A DNA stretch of 64,000 nt from the human T2T-CHM13v2.0 reference genome, Homo sapiens: the NCBI RefSeq assembly GCF_009914755.1, contig NC_060928.1; one strand, given 5' to 3'. Of this stretch, positions 43,277 through 56,955 are shown piece after piece. How positions within the stretch are numbered: the stretch's first letter is position 1; each line of letters begins with the position of its first letter. The notes beneath the pieces are model-generated. The model searched no databases. It had not been told where the DNA came from and saw nothing but the letters and a program-made list of their open reading frames with translations. Made by a program: the position numbers and the translations under genes.

Positions 43277-43596
43277 ATTATTTATTTATTTATTTATATT
43301 TTGAGAAAGGGTTTTGCTCTGTCACCCAGGCTGGAATGCAGTGACACAATCTCGGCTCACTGTAGCCTCAAACTCCTGGGCTCCAGCAATTCTCCCACCT
43401 CCACCTCCTAAGTAGCTTGGACTACAGGTTCACATGCCACCAGGCTCAGCTTTTTTTTTTTTTTTTTTTTTTTCATTTGTGGAGACAGGTTTTGCCATGT
43501 TGGCCGGGCTGTTCTCGAACTCCTGGCCTCAAGCAATCTGCCCGTCTGGGCCTCCCAAAGTGCTGGGATTACAGGCGTGCATCCCTGTGCCCAGAC
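43277..43596 (-). mobile_element. AluJ, full-length, with long central T-run
   Basis: (TTTA)n tail, tgtagcctcaaactcctgggctc, ctcctggcctcaagcaatc. Confidence 0.95.
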
Positions 43597-45804
43597 TTAG
43601 TATTTCTCATTCTCTAAAGGACACATGCTAAATGTCGCACTACAGAACGTGTTCCAAGTGACATAACAAGTATAATATATGTTTAGATTATAAATTGTGT
43701 ATGCAGATGAAATGTTTTTTCTTTTTAAGTTGAAGCTCAGCAATGGCTCAACATAGACTATTTTAGTAATAAAAATGTATTTTCATTAAAAACATTGATA
43801 AATTTAATTTTGAAGTATTTAATATATCTAAACAATTCTTACTAGTATTATGTATTTTACACAATAAATACATATGAAACACTGTGGAAAATTTGAAAGT
43901 TAGAGAATAAATACTATGGTAAATAAATAATTACGTTAAAGGAAATGAAAATTAAAAACAACACACCACATTGTGTATCAACTTTTCTGAGTCTTTTGAT
44001 TAGCTTTCAGCAGCACAAACATGTTCAAATATGGCTCTGGCTCCACATGTTTGCGTGATGTAAAGCAAAAATAGTGTTTTGATAAAGATCTTCATACATA
44101 CGTATTTCATAAAATTGCATAGGAAAAATTAATAGATATGCAATTACTGGATTGGAGTTATAAATAATATAAGAATTATTGACACACATTGTTAATTTAT
44201 TTTCCAGTTAAATAATATTAACTTATAAAGATTATAATTAACTAATTTCTATTAATTCAGATGAATCTTTCCAAAATAAGTCTTAATGAGATCAATTACA
44301 TAAATGAAAACAAAATTTATTTGCATATGGTAGCATTATCCAAATTGTCTTCTTCTGCTTTCAAATCAAATAGAAAAAAAGTTACATTAAACAGATAAAA
44401 GTATTAACATTCTATTTTTAGAGCTTTACAAAATACAATTTACACTTTTTCTGGTACACTTTGAAAATTTGACATTTCTCATAGTGCCACTATAATGTTC
44501 TAATTTTATTATCTGATTCAAGTTTTAAATTAAAATTAAAATATATATTTCCCACATGATTATTATATGTAAAGGATTTATTCAATTTCATTTTTATCAT
44601 GGAACCAAAAAAATAGTAATATGCCAAATATAAGTAATTTAAAAATTGTAGGGACTGCTCAAAGAATACTCAAACATATTCATGTAAGTGAAAGGGCTGA
44701 ACTCATAGTGTAAGTAAAAGTGATAAACTACTCTGTATTATTTGGCGTAAGTACACTGTGTTGGGATCCTACGATCCAGGGTTGTTTCAGGGTTCTACAG
44801 GATGTAGTGCTATTGTGTAAATAATTTATTACTTGTGTTTCACTAAATCCTATTCTAATTCAGTTACATTATATTGAAGTAGTGCAGTGGAAGATTTTAA
44901 TAATTCAAAAAACAATTTTTAGTGCCTTTTGTCATTTAAGACATGGGTCTAAAGCAGCACAATGTTATTAGTTAGAAAAGCTGTAAATACACACATATAT
45001 ATTCTTTCTACCATACATTTTTCTCATTGTTCTACAATGACGATGCAAAAATTCTTACCAGTAGATACTTTTGTGACAATGAATATAAATTTTTGTTAAA
45101 ATATAAATACCTTGTCATTTTAATCAAAATTGGTGTGGCAGATTAGAAAATCAATCCCTTCTAAGATAATAAAGGCAAGCAACATTGTAGAGACTATTTG
45201 AATGTAGACTATTCAAAACAATGGGAAGATATGATTTTGAGTATCTGGGACAGCCTTATTAAAATGGACTGGAGGGTTCCAGTCAGAATTTTCTATATTA
45301 GCTCTCCTTAATGATGTGTAGGCCAAATGAAGATTTATTTTTCTATGATTATTTAATTAGTGCACTAAATGTCAATCATGATGCAGGCAGGGGTTACATC
45401 TTCTTCTGTCGTTCTGCCTAACATTGTGTACACTGAGCCTTAAGTACAGTTTCTGGCACATTCCAAATACTTGTGTAATTGATTATTGCATGCAGGCACG
45501 AATGACTGGCCTATTTTTGTAAATGTAACACTTGAAGAACTGCACCACTGAACCTGAGATTTCTTTCTATTTAATAAATGATTCTCCCACAAAAGTTTCA
45601 TTCTTAAATGAAATTTATGGGGAAGGATAAATTGGAATGTGAAATTTCATTATAAGCAAACTTTAAAGAACACATCTATTGCCAGAAACTCTATGCATTA
45701 GTTTCAATCCTAGAAACAATAAAAAATGTGGTACTTTTTTTTGGTTCTTATTTGAAAGGAAGAAATGTATCCAATGAATTTATTTTTTAAAAAATATCTA
45801 ATCA

Positions 45805-48321
45805 CACGCCTCTATGCAAATAAACTAGAAAATCTAGAAGAAATGGATTAATTCCTGGACACATACACCCTCCCAAGACTAAATCAGGAAGAAGTCGAAT
45901 ATCTGAATAGACTAATAACAAGTTCTGAAATTGAGGCAGTAATTAATAGCCTACCACCCCAAAAAAATCCCAAGACCAGATGAATTCACAGCTGAATTCT
46001 ACCAGAGGTACAAAGAGGAGCTGGTACCATTCTTTCTGCAACTATTCCAAACAAAAGAAAAAGATGGCCTCCTCCCTAACTCATTTTATGAGGCCAGCAT
46101 CATCCTGTTACGAAAACCTGGCAGAGACACAATAAAAAAGAAAAATTCAAGCAAATATCTGATGAACATTGATGGGAAAATCCTCAATAAAATACTGGCA
46201 AACCGAATCCAGCAGCACATCAAAAAGCTTATCCACCATGACCAAGTTGGCTTAATTCCTAGGATGCAAGACTGGTTAAACATATGCAAGTTAGTAAATG
46301 TAATTCATCACATAAACAGAACCAATGCCAAAAACACATGATTATCTCAATTGATGCCGAAAGGGCCTCCGATAAAATTCAACACCCCTTCATGCTAAAA
46401 ACACTCAATAAACTAGGTATTGATGGAACGTATCTCAAAATAATAAGAGCTATTTATGACAAACCCCCAGCCAATATCGTACTGAATGGGCAGAAGATAG
46501 GAGCACTCCTTTTGAAAACTGGCAGAAGACAAGGATGCCCTCTGTCACCACTCCTATTCAATATAGTATTCGAAATTCTGGACAGGGAAATCAGGCAAGA
46601 AAAAGAAGTAAAGCATATTCTAATAGGAAGAGAGGAAGTCAAATTATCTCTGTTTGCAGATGACATTTTTGTATATCTAGAAAACCCCATTGTCTCAGCC
46701 CAAAGTCTTTTTAAGCTGATAATCACAAGCATTCCTATACACAAATAATAGACAGAGAGCCAAACCATGAGTGAATTCCCTTTCACAACTGCTACAAATA
46801 GAATAAAATACCTAGGAATACAACTTACAAGAGATGTGAATGACCTCTTCAAGGAGAACTACAAGAAAATGAGAGAGGACACAAACAAATCGAAAAACAT
46901 TCCATGCTCATGGATAGGAAGAATCAATATCGTGAAAATGGCCATACTGCCCAAAGTAATTTATAGATTCAATGCTATTCTCATCAAGCTACCACTGACT
47001 TTCTTCACAGAATTAGAAAAAAAAACTACTTTAAATTTCATGTGGAACCAAAAAAGAGCCCGTATAGCCAAGACAATCCTAAACAAAAAGAACAAAGCTG
47101 GAGGTATCATGCTACCTGATCTCAAGCTATACTACAAGGCTACAGTGACCAAAACAGCATGTTACTGGTACCAAAACACATATGTAGATCAATGGAACAG
47201 AACAGAGGCTGTAGAAATGACACCACACATCTACAACCAGCTGATCTTTGACAAACCTGACAAAAAGAAGCAACAGGGAAAGGATTCCATATTTAATAAA
47301 TTGCATTGGGAAAACTGGCTAGCCATATGTAGAAAACTGAAACTGAAACCCTTCCTTACACTTTAGACAAAAATTAACTCAAGATGGATTAAAGATTTAA
47401 ATGTAAGACCTAAAACCATAAAAGCCCTAGAAGAAAACCTAGGCAATACCATTCAGGACATAGGCATGGGCAAGGATTTCATGACTAAAACACCAAAAGC
47501 AATGGCAACAAAAGCCAAAATTGACAAATGGGATCTAATGAAACTAAAGAGCTTCTGCACAGCAAAAGAAACTATCATCAGTGTGAACAGGCAACCTACA
47601 GAATGGGAGAAAATTTTTGCAATCCATCTATATGACAAAGGGCTAATATCCAGAATCTACAAAGAACTTAAATTTACAAGAAAAAAACAAACAACCCCAT
47701 CAGAAAGTGGGCAAAGGAGGTGAACAGACACTTCTCAAAAGAAGACATTTACGTGGCCAACAAACATGTGAAAAAAGCCCATCATCACTGGTCTTTAGAG
47801 AAATACAAATCAAAACCACAATAAGATACCATCTCACACCAGTTAGAATGGTGATCATTAAAAAGTTAGGAAACAACAGATGCTGGAGAGGATGTCAAGA
47901 AATAGGAACGCTTTTACACTGTTGTTGGGAGTGTAAATTAGTTCAACCATCGTGAAAGACAGTGTGGCAATTCCTCAAGTATCTAGAACTAGAATTACCA
48001 TTTGGCCCAGCAATCCCATTACTGATTAAATACCCAAAGGATTATGATTCATTCTACTGTAAAGACACATGCACATGTATGTTCATTGCAGCACTACTCA
48101 TAATAGCAAAGACTTGGAACCAACCCAAATGCTCATCAATGTTAGACTGGATAAAGAAAATTTGGCACATATACACCATGGAATACTATGCAGACATAAA
48201 AAAGGATGAGTTCATGTCCTTTGCAGGGACATGTATGCAACTGGAAACCATCATTCGCAGCAAACTGACACAGGAACAGAAAAACAAACACCACATGTTC
48301 TCACTCATAAGTGGGAGCTGA
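45805..48321 (+). pseudogene. Disrupted L1 ORF2 (reverse transcriptase and C-terminal region)
   Basis: ORF pieces 46284-46748 ([20 protein letters not shown]), 46767-47366 ([17 protein letters not shown]), 47466-47723, 47707-47955, 47962-48321 (HMFSLISGS); stops, frameshifts and an apparent ~45-bp deletion near 46721. Confidence 0.95.
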
Positions 48322-48539
48322 GTAATGAGAACACATGGGCACAGGGAGGGGAACATAATACACTGGGGCCTGTCGAGGTGTGGGGGATAAGGGGAGGGAT
48401 AGCATTAGGAGAAATATCTAATGTAGATGACGGGTTGATGGGTGCAGCAAACCATCATGGCACATGTATACCTATGTAACAAACCTGCACGTTCCGCACA
48501 TGTATCCTGAACTTAAAGTATAATAATAATTTTAAAAAT
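45805..48539 (+). mobile_element. 5'-truncated L1PA (about L1PA6/7), 2.7 kb
   Basis: Starts at ctctatgcaaataaactagaaaatctag; 3'UTR gggatagcattaggagaaata...aacttaaagtataataat. Confidence 0.98.
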
Positions 48540-48915
48540 CCATTCATTCACTCAATGATTCAGAAAAAAGTTTTTTTTAAGCATCTTGTGCAGATCAAAC
48601 ACAAGACTACTTAATCCTTGTAATTCTTAGGATATATATATATACATATATATACACACACATATACAGATACACACTTTCTTTAGAACAAATAATACAA
48701 AGACAATCACAGTCTTTTGAGACATAAAATTACAATGAAATTGTTGAAAGCTAACTGACTACAATATATTTTTGCTGTTTAACATCATGAACAACACATG
48801 GCACATTTTCTAAGTAACATTGTTTAAAACATGCAATCAACACTTGTAAATCTTTGTAACACAATTAATGACTAATCAAATCTTAGATGAAGTAATATTG
48901 CCAATTTTGTTCAAA

Positions 48916-48953
48916 ACACACACACACACACACACACACAAACACGCAAACAC
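48916..48953. repeat. (CA)n microsatellite
   Basis: acacacac run with degenerate 3' end. Confidence 0.9.
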
Positions 48954-51214
48954 AACTACCACCACCACTACCATCAAAACCTGAAGCTAAGAATATGTCT
49001 ATTTAAGGCAGTCTTATTTAAGACTGATACTGAAAAGTTACATTGCAATGTTCCTAAAATATTATGACAATGTTCTTGTTGACCATACTTGGAGTTAGAA
49101 TCACAACAATAATAATTAGGGAGCAATGGAAACAGCTTTTTATTTCCTTATGTCAAAAACTGTATGCGATGTTATTTACTTCATTGTAAAGTATATCTGC
49201 ATGTACTGATAAAACTAGTAAATAGAAAAATTATCTTCCAAAAGAAATATAATTTGTAAAATTCAAATTAATTCCACATTTTAAAAAATTAAGATGATAC
49301 AATTTTTACATTACCAAATCACTTTATATAAATTTTATAAAGAGTTTAATTCTGGCCTTGTGAAAGTCCTCATTTATATAAAAACTAATTTACATTGCAT
49401 TACTAAAATGGCTGATCATTGTAATTTTTTAATAAATCCATTTTATTTGGCTGAAAAGGACAGTAATGAAATTTGTTTGATAGTTGCCCAGTAAACATGT
49501 CTTATAAAAAGCTGGAATAATAATTACATCATAATAATATCTCATTTACAAATGTAGTTTACTTTTCTCTTGAAAAAAATATACTAAGCTTATGAATGTT
49601 TAGTGCTTCAGAGAGAGAAATGCTGTGACCTCACTTAGCAATTAGTTTTCTTTCTATACTCCATAAAATTGAAGAGATTTACAAAGCAAGTGGAAATACT
49701 AACTTTTATAATGATGAGCCATATGGCACTACATTTACTAAATTTATGCTTAGAAGAGAGTATAAAATTATAGTTCTTGCATTTTTTTTTTTTTTTTACA
49801 AAATGAGGTTACTACTTCTATCATGCTTACAAATTAGCAACATGAGAATAACAAAGAGAAAGTTCCAGGGTAAAAATATAAACTCTGCTTAAACTAACAT
49901 TTTTTTTTCTGAAGAAAGTTTTGGCTAATAAATTATTTTTAAAATGTTAGGAACATGAAACGCTATATTTATAAGAAAATACCCAGGTGAAATACATGAC
50001 ATAATGTGTTTAGATTGAGATGCATTTTACTCTTAGTCGAAATGTGTTCTTAAATGATAGAGATAGCATTGCTTTGAACCAGTCTAGTCAATATCTCTTC
50101 AACTGAGTATGTTCAGTTTAAAAATAATTCATTTCTGCTTTGTGATAGGCTAATCTACAATTCATCATGAGTTTGTATTTGCCTATGATAATCTAAATTG
50201 TAATCTCCCAGATGGCATGGAGAGGCAGAGTTATATACTTGAAACATGGTAGATTAGCTCATAAAGGATGGAAATTACACCACACAATTTATTAGTTGTG
50301 TGGTTGCATTAAGCAGTTTAAATTTTTGAAAAATTATTCTCATGACTAATTATTAGGCAAAACTATACTTCATATTTGTCTGATAAAAACTGTGCTCTGT
50401 ATTTATTTCCCTATTTTAAGGGATGAAACCATCAATCTGCCATGAAACCCATGATCAATAGTTTGGTTACCATGTTGGAGGTCACTTTTTCTCTTTCTTC
50501 CCTTCTATTTTCAATATTCTATTTTGAACTACTGTCATAACTTCCATCAAAATACTTTTTGAATATTTTTGTTGATTCCCAAATTTACTACTAATAGACT
50601 AGCTCAAAAGGTCTAAGTGGTCTTTACTGCTAGCTATGCATCAATTACCTATTGCTTCTGTATATATGGTAATTGAATTTCAAAAGTCTTCTCTATTTTA
50701 TTTCCTGGCTCAACACCTGTGTGTTTCTGTATATTTTGACTTTATGTGGATTATGGTATGAGGTACAATCATTAATCTCAAACTGATGAAAATGTTCACT
50801 GACATTGTCACTGATAATTTTTATATCCCATTTATGCTATTCATTCAGACCCTAAAATATAGAACACAGCGACTACTGACACTTTGAATTTTAATGATAT
50901 CTACTCATTTAGTTAACAAATCACTTAAAATGTTGAATAAAATGTGTCTCTTGTCTTCAAGGACATGATTCGTGTGTGTATCTGTATGTGTGTGCATGTG
51001 TAGTTTGAGTCCAGTGTGTTCCGTCATATATAAAGCCAAAGTTATACCAATATGAATGTAAATATCATAAATAAAATAGGAAAATAAATATAAAGTTAAA
51101 AAAAATTTGCAATTTGTAAATGTATTTCTATTAAGATAAATAATTGAATATAATTTATAAATTTACAGATCAAATCTTCTCTATTTGGCCCCAGATTGAT
51201 TCAGCCGCCTTCTC

Positions 51215-51465
51215 ATGTGTTTATTCATTCATTCTTTCAGCAAATGTGCTTTTTTCACTCATTTATTCATTCATTCAATGAATACATCTGCAATATTCCA
51301 GATACTCTTCTAGATATTGGGGATGTAACAGTGCAACACAATAAAAACATACATAGTACAGTTCCAATATGCGTATAATTTAATATTACTTTTTGGCATT
51401 TCAGTCATTGAAGAATCAGTAATAATGAAGACACATGTCTTTCCTTAAGAAGCTCACAGTTTTAA
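51215..51465 (-). mobile_element. L2 3' relic
   Basis: (TTCA)n terminal repeat, ccagatactcttctagatattgggga, ccttaagaagctcacagt. Confidence 0.6.
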
Positions 51466-52244
51466 AGACAATGTAACTCCACTCATCTCCAGCTACCATT
51501 CCAAACTTACATTCTCCTCTAATGTGCTATTTTCTTTTCTCCATTATACTTCTCACTTTATGAAACTGAGTTATTCATTTACTTGTCTTTGTGCTTATTG
51601 ATATGTTACCAAACTAGAATTTAAGATCCCTGTAGAAAGGGGCCTAAAACAGTACTGACACATGATGACTGCTCAGTGAATATATTGTTGAATGAAATTA
51701 AGGAGTAAGTGTTCAGATATATTGTTACTTAAATGTTACTTACATTTTTTTGTCTTCTCTAGTTTCACTTTTCAAAAATAAAAATTATGCTTTGTACATA
51801 TATGTTATCTTCTACAAATCTGGTGGAATTTTGTTTAATTGTTTATTCAGACAACATATGCTTAATAAGTATTCATGAATAAATTGGCTTCTTAGACGCA
51901 GTCAAACCAGCTGAAGCTAAGAGGCCAATTATTGAAAGTTGATATTATCAATTAATTTCACCAATACTGACATGTATTATCTTGAATACTATAATTACTT
52001 TTTGATATTAAGCTTTAAAAACTCACAAATACATATTAGGGTGAATTTTATTGGTAAGACACCACCACAGGTATCAGGATTCAGGTTCATGCGATGTCTC
52101 CAAAGAACTTCCCTTTTATTTTTAAATTATAAAAAAAAAATAAAGTTTAAGTAAAACATTACATGTATGCATAGCCCTATAGAAATATACTCATGATCTA
52201 ATGTTTGTAGTTGCGTTTTTGTTGAACAAAGTAAGAGTGATTTT

Positions 52245-53030
52245 TCATTTCATGTAAACTTTCAACACAAAACTAACTGCCATTTAGCCCCCAGGCACTC
52301 TTCTAAATACTGGTAAAGGCAACAGTAAATAAAGCAGAGTCAGCACAACCATCCTGTAATACACATACAATAAGAATATAAATACAATGGATGTATCTCG
52401 TCATAAATACTCTGAAGAAATTTAAGCAAAATAACAAAGAAGAAATGATGTTGGGGATGTAACTTTAGATTAATCAGGTACAGCCTCTTTGAAGAAGCAA
52501 TTCTTGGACTGAGTTCTCTTAAAATGGAAGAGGAACTGGTTGTGAAGATCCTTAGTGATAACTTTACAGACAGAAGAAGACACCGTGATCAAGTGGGTTT
52601 TATATCGGAGATGCAAGGATAGTTCAACATACACAAATCAATACATCACATATGCAGAATTACTTACTGGGAACCACATATATTATTCCAGTGATGGATA
52701 CACTAAAATCCCACACTTCGCCAGTAGGCAATATAGCCATGTAACAAAATTGCAATTGTACCTCTTAAATTTATGCAAATTTTAAAAAAGAAAACAGGAG
52801 GTGTCAGGACATTGTGTCTACAAATAGCTGAGCATGTTTGGAATAGGACACAAAGACATTGTGGGGTGTTAGTTGGGAATAAGTGGGAATGTGGTAGGGA
52901 AATAAGTGAGTCTAGGTACAGCTCGTATTCTGCCTTGAAGGCAATAGTAAAGAATATGCTTTTTTTTTTGTCTAATTATACAAGGAAGATTTTAGAGCAT
53001 TTTAAGAAAAAATCATGAGCCATTTTCCAT
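52245..53030 (-). mobile_element. L2 relic hosting a small L1 insertion
   Basis: ccaggcactcttcta..tactgg, cagcctctttgaagaag, ggaagattttagagcattttaag. Confidence 0.5.
52581..52789 (+). mobile_element. L1MA-type mini-element: ORF2 fragment fused to the 3' terminus
   Basis: caccgtgatcaagtgggttt..gatgcaagga..gttcaacata (ORF2), then gtgatggatacactaaaa..ccatgtaacaaaattgca..tgtacc (3' end). Confidence 0.8.
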
Positions 53031-54780
53031 TTTTATCTCTTATGTATCGGCCACAGAGGGGCCAGCATGAAATGATTCTCAGAGAACAATGATCAAGTAT
53101 GTTGTTAATACTATACAAAAAAAAATGCACCTCATTTCACCTCAAATAGAGGGTGAAGTTGAATTAAACTTCTTGTGAATATTCACATAGTCATTAGTTG
53201 GATGAAAACTCAGGTGTCTGTATTGACTCATTCAGTTTTGTTTTATATGTAAAAATGAACACAACTGTTTTATTAACATCACTATACCCATTTTTTGAGT
53301 AGGATTGACATTTATGCATTTTTGTTAAAAGTCACAATAACTTTTACTTATGCTTTCTTGGTTATATGTTCTCAATTTGGGAAATCATCATAGTACACCC
53401 TCAAACGTAAAACATCCAGAAAACATTAAAAACTTTTTAAGTGGAGTTCTCTATCCCAAATACATAAAATATGTATACAATCATACTTTTAACAGAAATT
53501 TAGGACACATTTGTGTTATTTTGGTGTTACAGAATTAACATTTCATAATCAAAACATATAATCTAAACATTTCATAATCTAAATCCATTAAGTTACTATA
53601 TGATAAATTAGCTTTTCAGTGTTTAGTTTCATCTATATTTGAATACCAGATCATTGTATTCTCATTTTACAATGAGAATCATGCTGAATTGTAGAGTTCA
53701 TGGCCATTGCACTGAATTTAAGACTAAAAAATTGGTGCAAGTTTCAAAATAAATAGTATACACTTTCAGGTATTTACATTAATATAGAAGGAAGCATAAC
53801 AAGGGGCACTTTCTACTACTATTTTTATTTTTCATAAGTCAGAAAGAATAGCTTTTTAAGTATACGACAATGCAGTATCATTTTGTAATGCTAACAGAAA
53901 TTATTAAGTTAAAAATGTTAATGCAATCAGTTTTCTAGACATCAGAAGACTCGTCATCTATGATATAAATTATAGTCTTTCCATTGCTGCTGAAAAGTTA
54001 ATAGCCTTTATTTCTAGAATACATGTTATTAGAAAATGTGAAGTTTTACAGGGCTTAATGAGAATTCAAATAAGGATATTTCTATAGGGAAGACAACAAG
54101 CCTGCTCCTGCAGCTATCTGAATTACTACATAAATGCATTCCTTTGTCAAATGTAACCTGCTTCAGTTGGCCCTACATACCTTTTAAATAAAATGTACAT
54201 GGATTCTTCTAGTCTATAAATATATTAGGTCTTTATGTGTTTGTATACCTTGTACGTTCTATTTTTAAGAACCCCTCTTGTAATGTCAGAGTGACTGGAC
54301 TCATCAGAGTACACCACAATTTTAAAACTCCGTCTTCAGAGTAGAGCAGACTTTTCATTGACTTTTATTCTCTTCTTCTATAAGCTCTCAACTGTCATTA
54401 TTGATAGGAGTATAATCTGCCACTCTTTGCCCTCACTGTCAGGAATCATGAACACGGTGCAGTTTAAAAGATGAGGCTTATTGATTCTCATGCTCAGTCC
54501 ATGAAGATAATCTTTCTCTCTTCCTGAAATATTTAGAAATGTTAGTAAAAAATGTGATGAAGGTGATAAAATATGATTAATAAATGTTTAAACTTTGAAA
54601 ATAAATTAATTTTACTCAAAGTCTGACTGCCTGGAAAAACAGAGAAGTAGGTGAGAGATTGAATCTCACATTGTTTACTCTTTATAAATGTGTTTTCATC
54701 AACTAAACACTTGTTTCTCAGCATCAGTTTATGATCTGAATGAAATGTATACAAAATAAAATATTAAAAAATGTGGTTTG

Positions 54781-55048
54781 GGCCAGGCAGGGTGGCTCAC
54801 ACCTGTGATCCCAGCACTTTGGGAGGCTGAAGTAGGAGGATCATTTGAGCCAGGGGATCCTGATGATTCCCATCTCTATCAAAAAATTAGAAAAATTGTC
54901 CAGGTGTGGTGGCATGTGCCTGTAGTCCCAGCTACTCAAGAGACTGAGGTGGGAGGATTGCTTGAGCCTGGGAGGCAGAGGTTACAGTGAACCATTCTCA
55001 TACCTGAGCGATGTCGCCAGATGCTGTTTAAAAAAAAGAAAAAAGAAA
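54781..55048 (+). mobile_element. AluJb-like with internal deletions
   Basis: Canonical start; missing gagttcgagaccagcctgg segment and part of the right arm; A-tail present. Confidence 0.93.
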
Positions 55049-55192
55049 GTGACTAGTGCATTGTTGTAAAAATAATTTTATCATGCTAGTAAAAATAATT
55101 TTTACATATTTAAATGAAAGATTTCAAGATAAAATCTAGCATGAAGACTGATTTGGGCTGAAAGAAACTAGCTAGTAAGGACACCTCATGAT

Positions 55193-55497
55193 TTTGGTTA
55201 TTGTTGCTTTTTGAGACAGAGTCTCACTCTGTCGCCAGGCTGGAGTGCAGTGACATGATCTCAGCTGACTGCAACTTCCGCCTCCTGGGTTGAAGCGATT
55301 CTTCTGTCTCAGCTACCTGAGCTGGGATTACAGGTGCCCACCACCATGTCCAGCTAATTTTTGTATTTTTAGTAGAGACAGTGTTTCACCATATTGGCCA
55401 GGTTGGTCTCGAACTCCTGTACCTTGTGATCCGCCCTCCTCGGCCTCCCAAAATGCTGGGATTACAGCACTTTTTTGTTGAGCTACTGCACTGGGCC
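55193..55497 (-). mobile_element. AluS (Sc/Sg-like), full-length
   Basis: Both arms reversed; TSD acctcatgat at 55183-55192 and 55499-55508. Confidence 0.96.
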
Positions 55498-56319
55498 AAC
55501 CTCATGATATTTTAAAAGACAATGTCATGGTAGGAATAGAGAAAATATTCTCTCATACATGAAATATGTGAGCAAGAGGACATGACCCAAGCATCATAAT
55601 ACATTTCAGAGTTGAAGTGTCTCATGATAGATCCTGGGGTGAAATGGGATGAAGAGAAGTGTTTTTATGGACATTTTACGGTATAAATATTTTAATAAGT
55701 TAAAGAGTTATAGAGGAATGTAGTGTAAAAACCTTCCAGTAAAGAGAGAGGCAGAAGAGGAACCGTGTTTTGGCAAAGTCTATCTTTGAAGGCTGTTATG
55801 GATTAAGTTAAGTTGTTTATTTTTTCAGTACTGGCTGAAGAGTGTTTCTGTAAACTATACTTAAGTTTCTTTGTTTCCAGCTCTTTTATCTAAACTGATT
55901 CATTTTCCACTTATCTGAGGTGGAATTTTCCTTAGATTTTAATATCACTATGTAAAATTGCCCTTTATATTTTCAAAAATACTTACAATATCCTTTCGTT
56001 GAATATTAATTTCAGTTGAGTTACATTTATTATGGATAAACATGAAATGTTCATCCTTACTGTTCAGGTAATGTCTGCTATGTCTAACTCATTTTAGTTG
56101 TAATCTTTTCTCTCACTTCCAATTAATCACCAATTCCTGTTGTTACACTGTGTGTTTATGTGAGAAAGAGAAACAGATGGCAAATAGACAGAAAAAGACG
56201 TAAAGAGAGTGATACAGACAGAACAGAAATAGATAGAAACAGATACACAAAGAAAGAAAATTTCCCGTGTGTATACTTATATGCATATTTACACCACACC
56301 AAACACACACATTCCACAC

Positions 56320-56955
56320 CTCATTCTCTTCTCTTGATCTCTATCATCACCCTGCCTAAACTTCCTTAGCAGGTTTCTAATGTCACCTGCCCCCAGGTTA
56401 GTCTTCACAATGAAGCAGTTGTAATATACATTTTTAATAGAAATATCTCATCATGTCTTTGCTGTGTAGAAGTATAACATACCTCCCAATGGTTTTAGTA
56501 TAAATCCAAAATATTCACCAAAATTGCAATGTGTTATACCATTTGGCCCTTGTCTACCTCACCAGCCTAATTATTCAACATTCATTCTTCTTCCTTTCAA
56601 CACGCTTGTCCAAATGTCTTTTAATTTTGTAAACGTTTTGCATTCTGTCCTGTTCATGGCCACTACATATGGTGTTCCTCTGCCTAAGACACTATTTTGG
56701 AATGTATATTTGGCTGACACCTGCTGGGCCCTTAGATCTCAGGGAGACTCAGGATCTTCCTTGATGTGACCTCACAAAATCTGGTATGTCTCCCTCGTTT
56801 CTATGGCCATCGTTCCCGTCTGGTTTTTGCACCAGCAAAGCAGATGCCTGACATTAGAAACTTGCCATTCCTGTCTTTCCTAGTGTTCCTAGACCCAGCT
56901 TAGTGATCACGAAGTTCCTACCATATGTTTGTTCCCTGAAGCAATAAATACATAA
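56320..56955 (+). mobile_element. L2 relic
   Basis: cctcccaatgg..ataaatccaaa, ccatttggccct.gtctacctc..cagcc, ccttagatctcag. Confidence 0.5.

Noticed and set aside
46284-48321. Reverse-transcriptase-like ORFs as a novel RT system
   Set aside because: Ordinary 5'-truncated L1PA ORF2 with stops and frameshifts; no promoter, ORF1 or endonuclease domain.
49009-49026. Palindrome cagtctta-tt-taagactg
   Set aside because: 8-bp arms are expected by chance in 64 kb of AT-rich DNA.
51215-51280. (TTCA)n array resembling a regular repeat array
   Set aside because: Typical L2 3'-terminal repeat; no unique spacers, and no CRISPR-like structure seen anywhere in the window.
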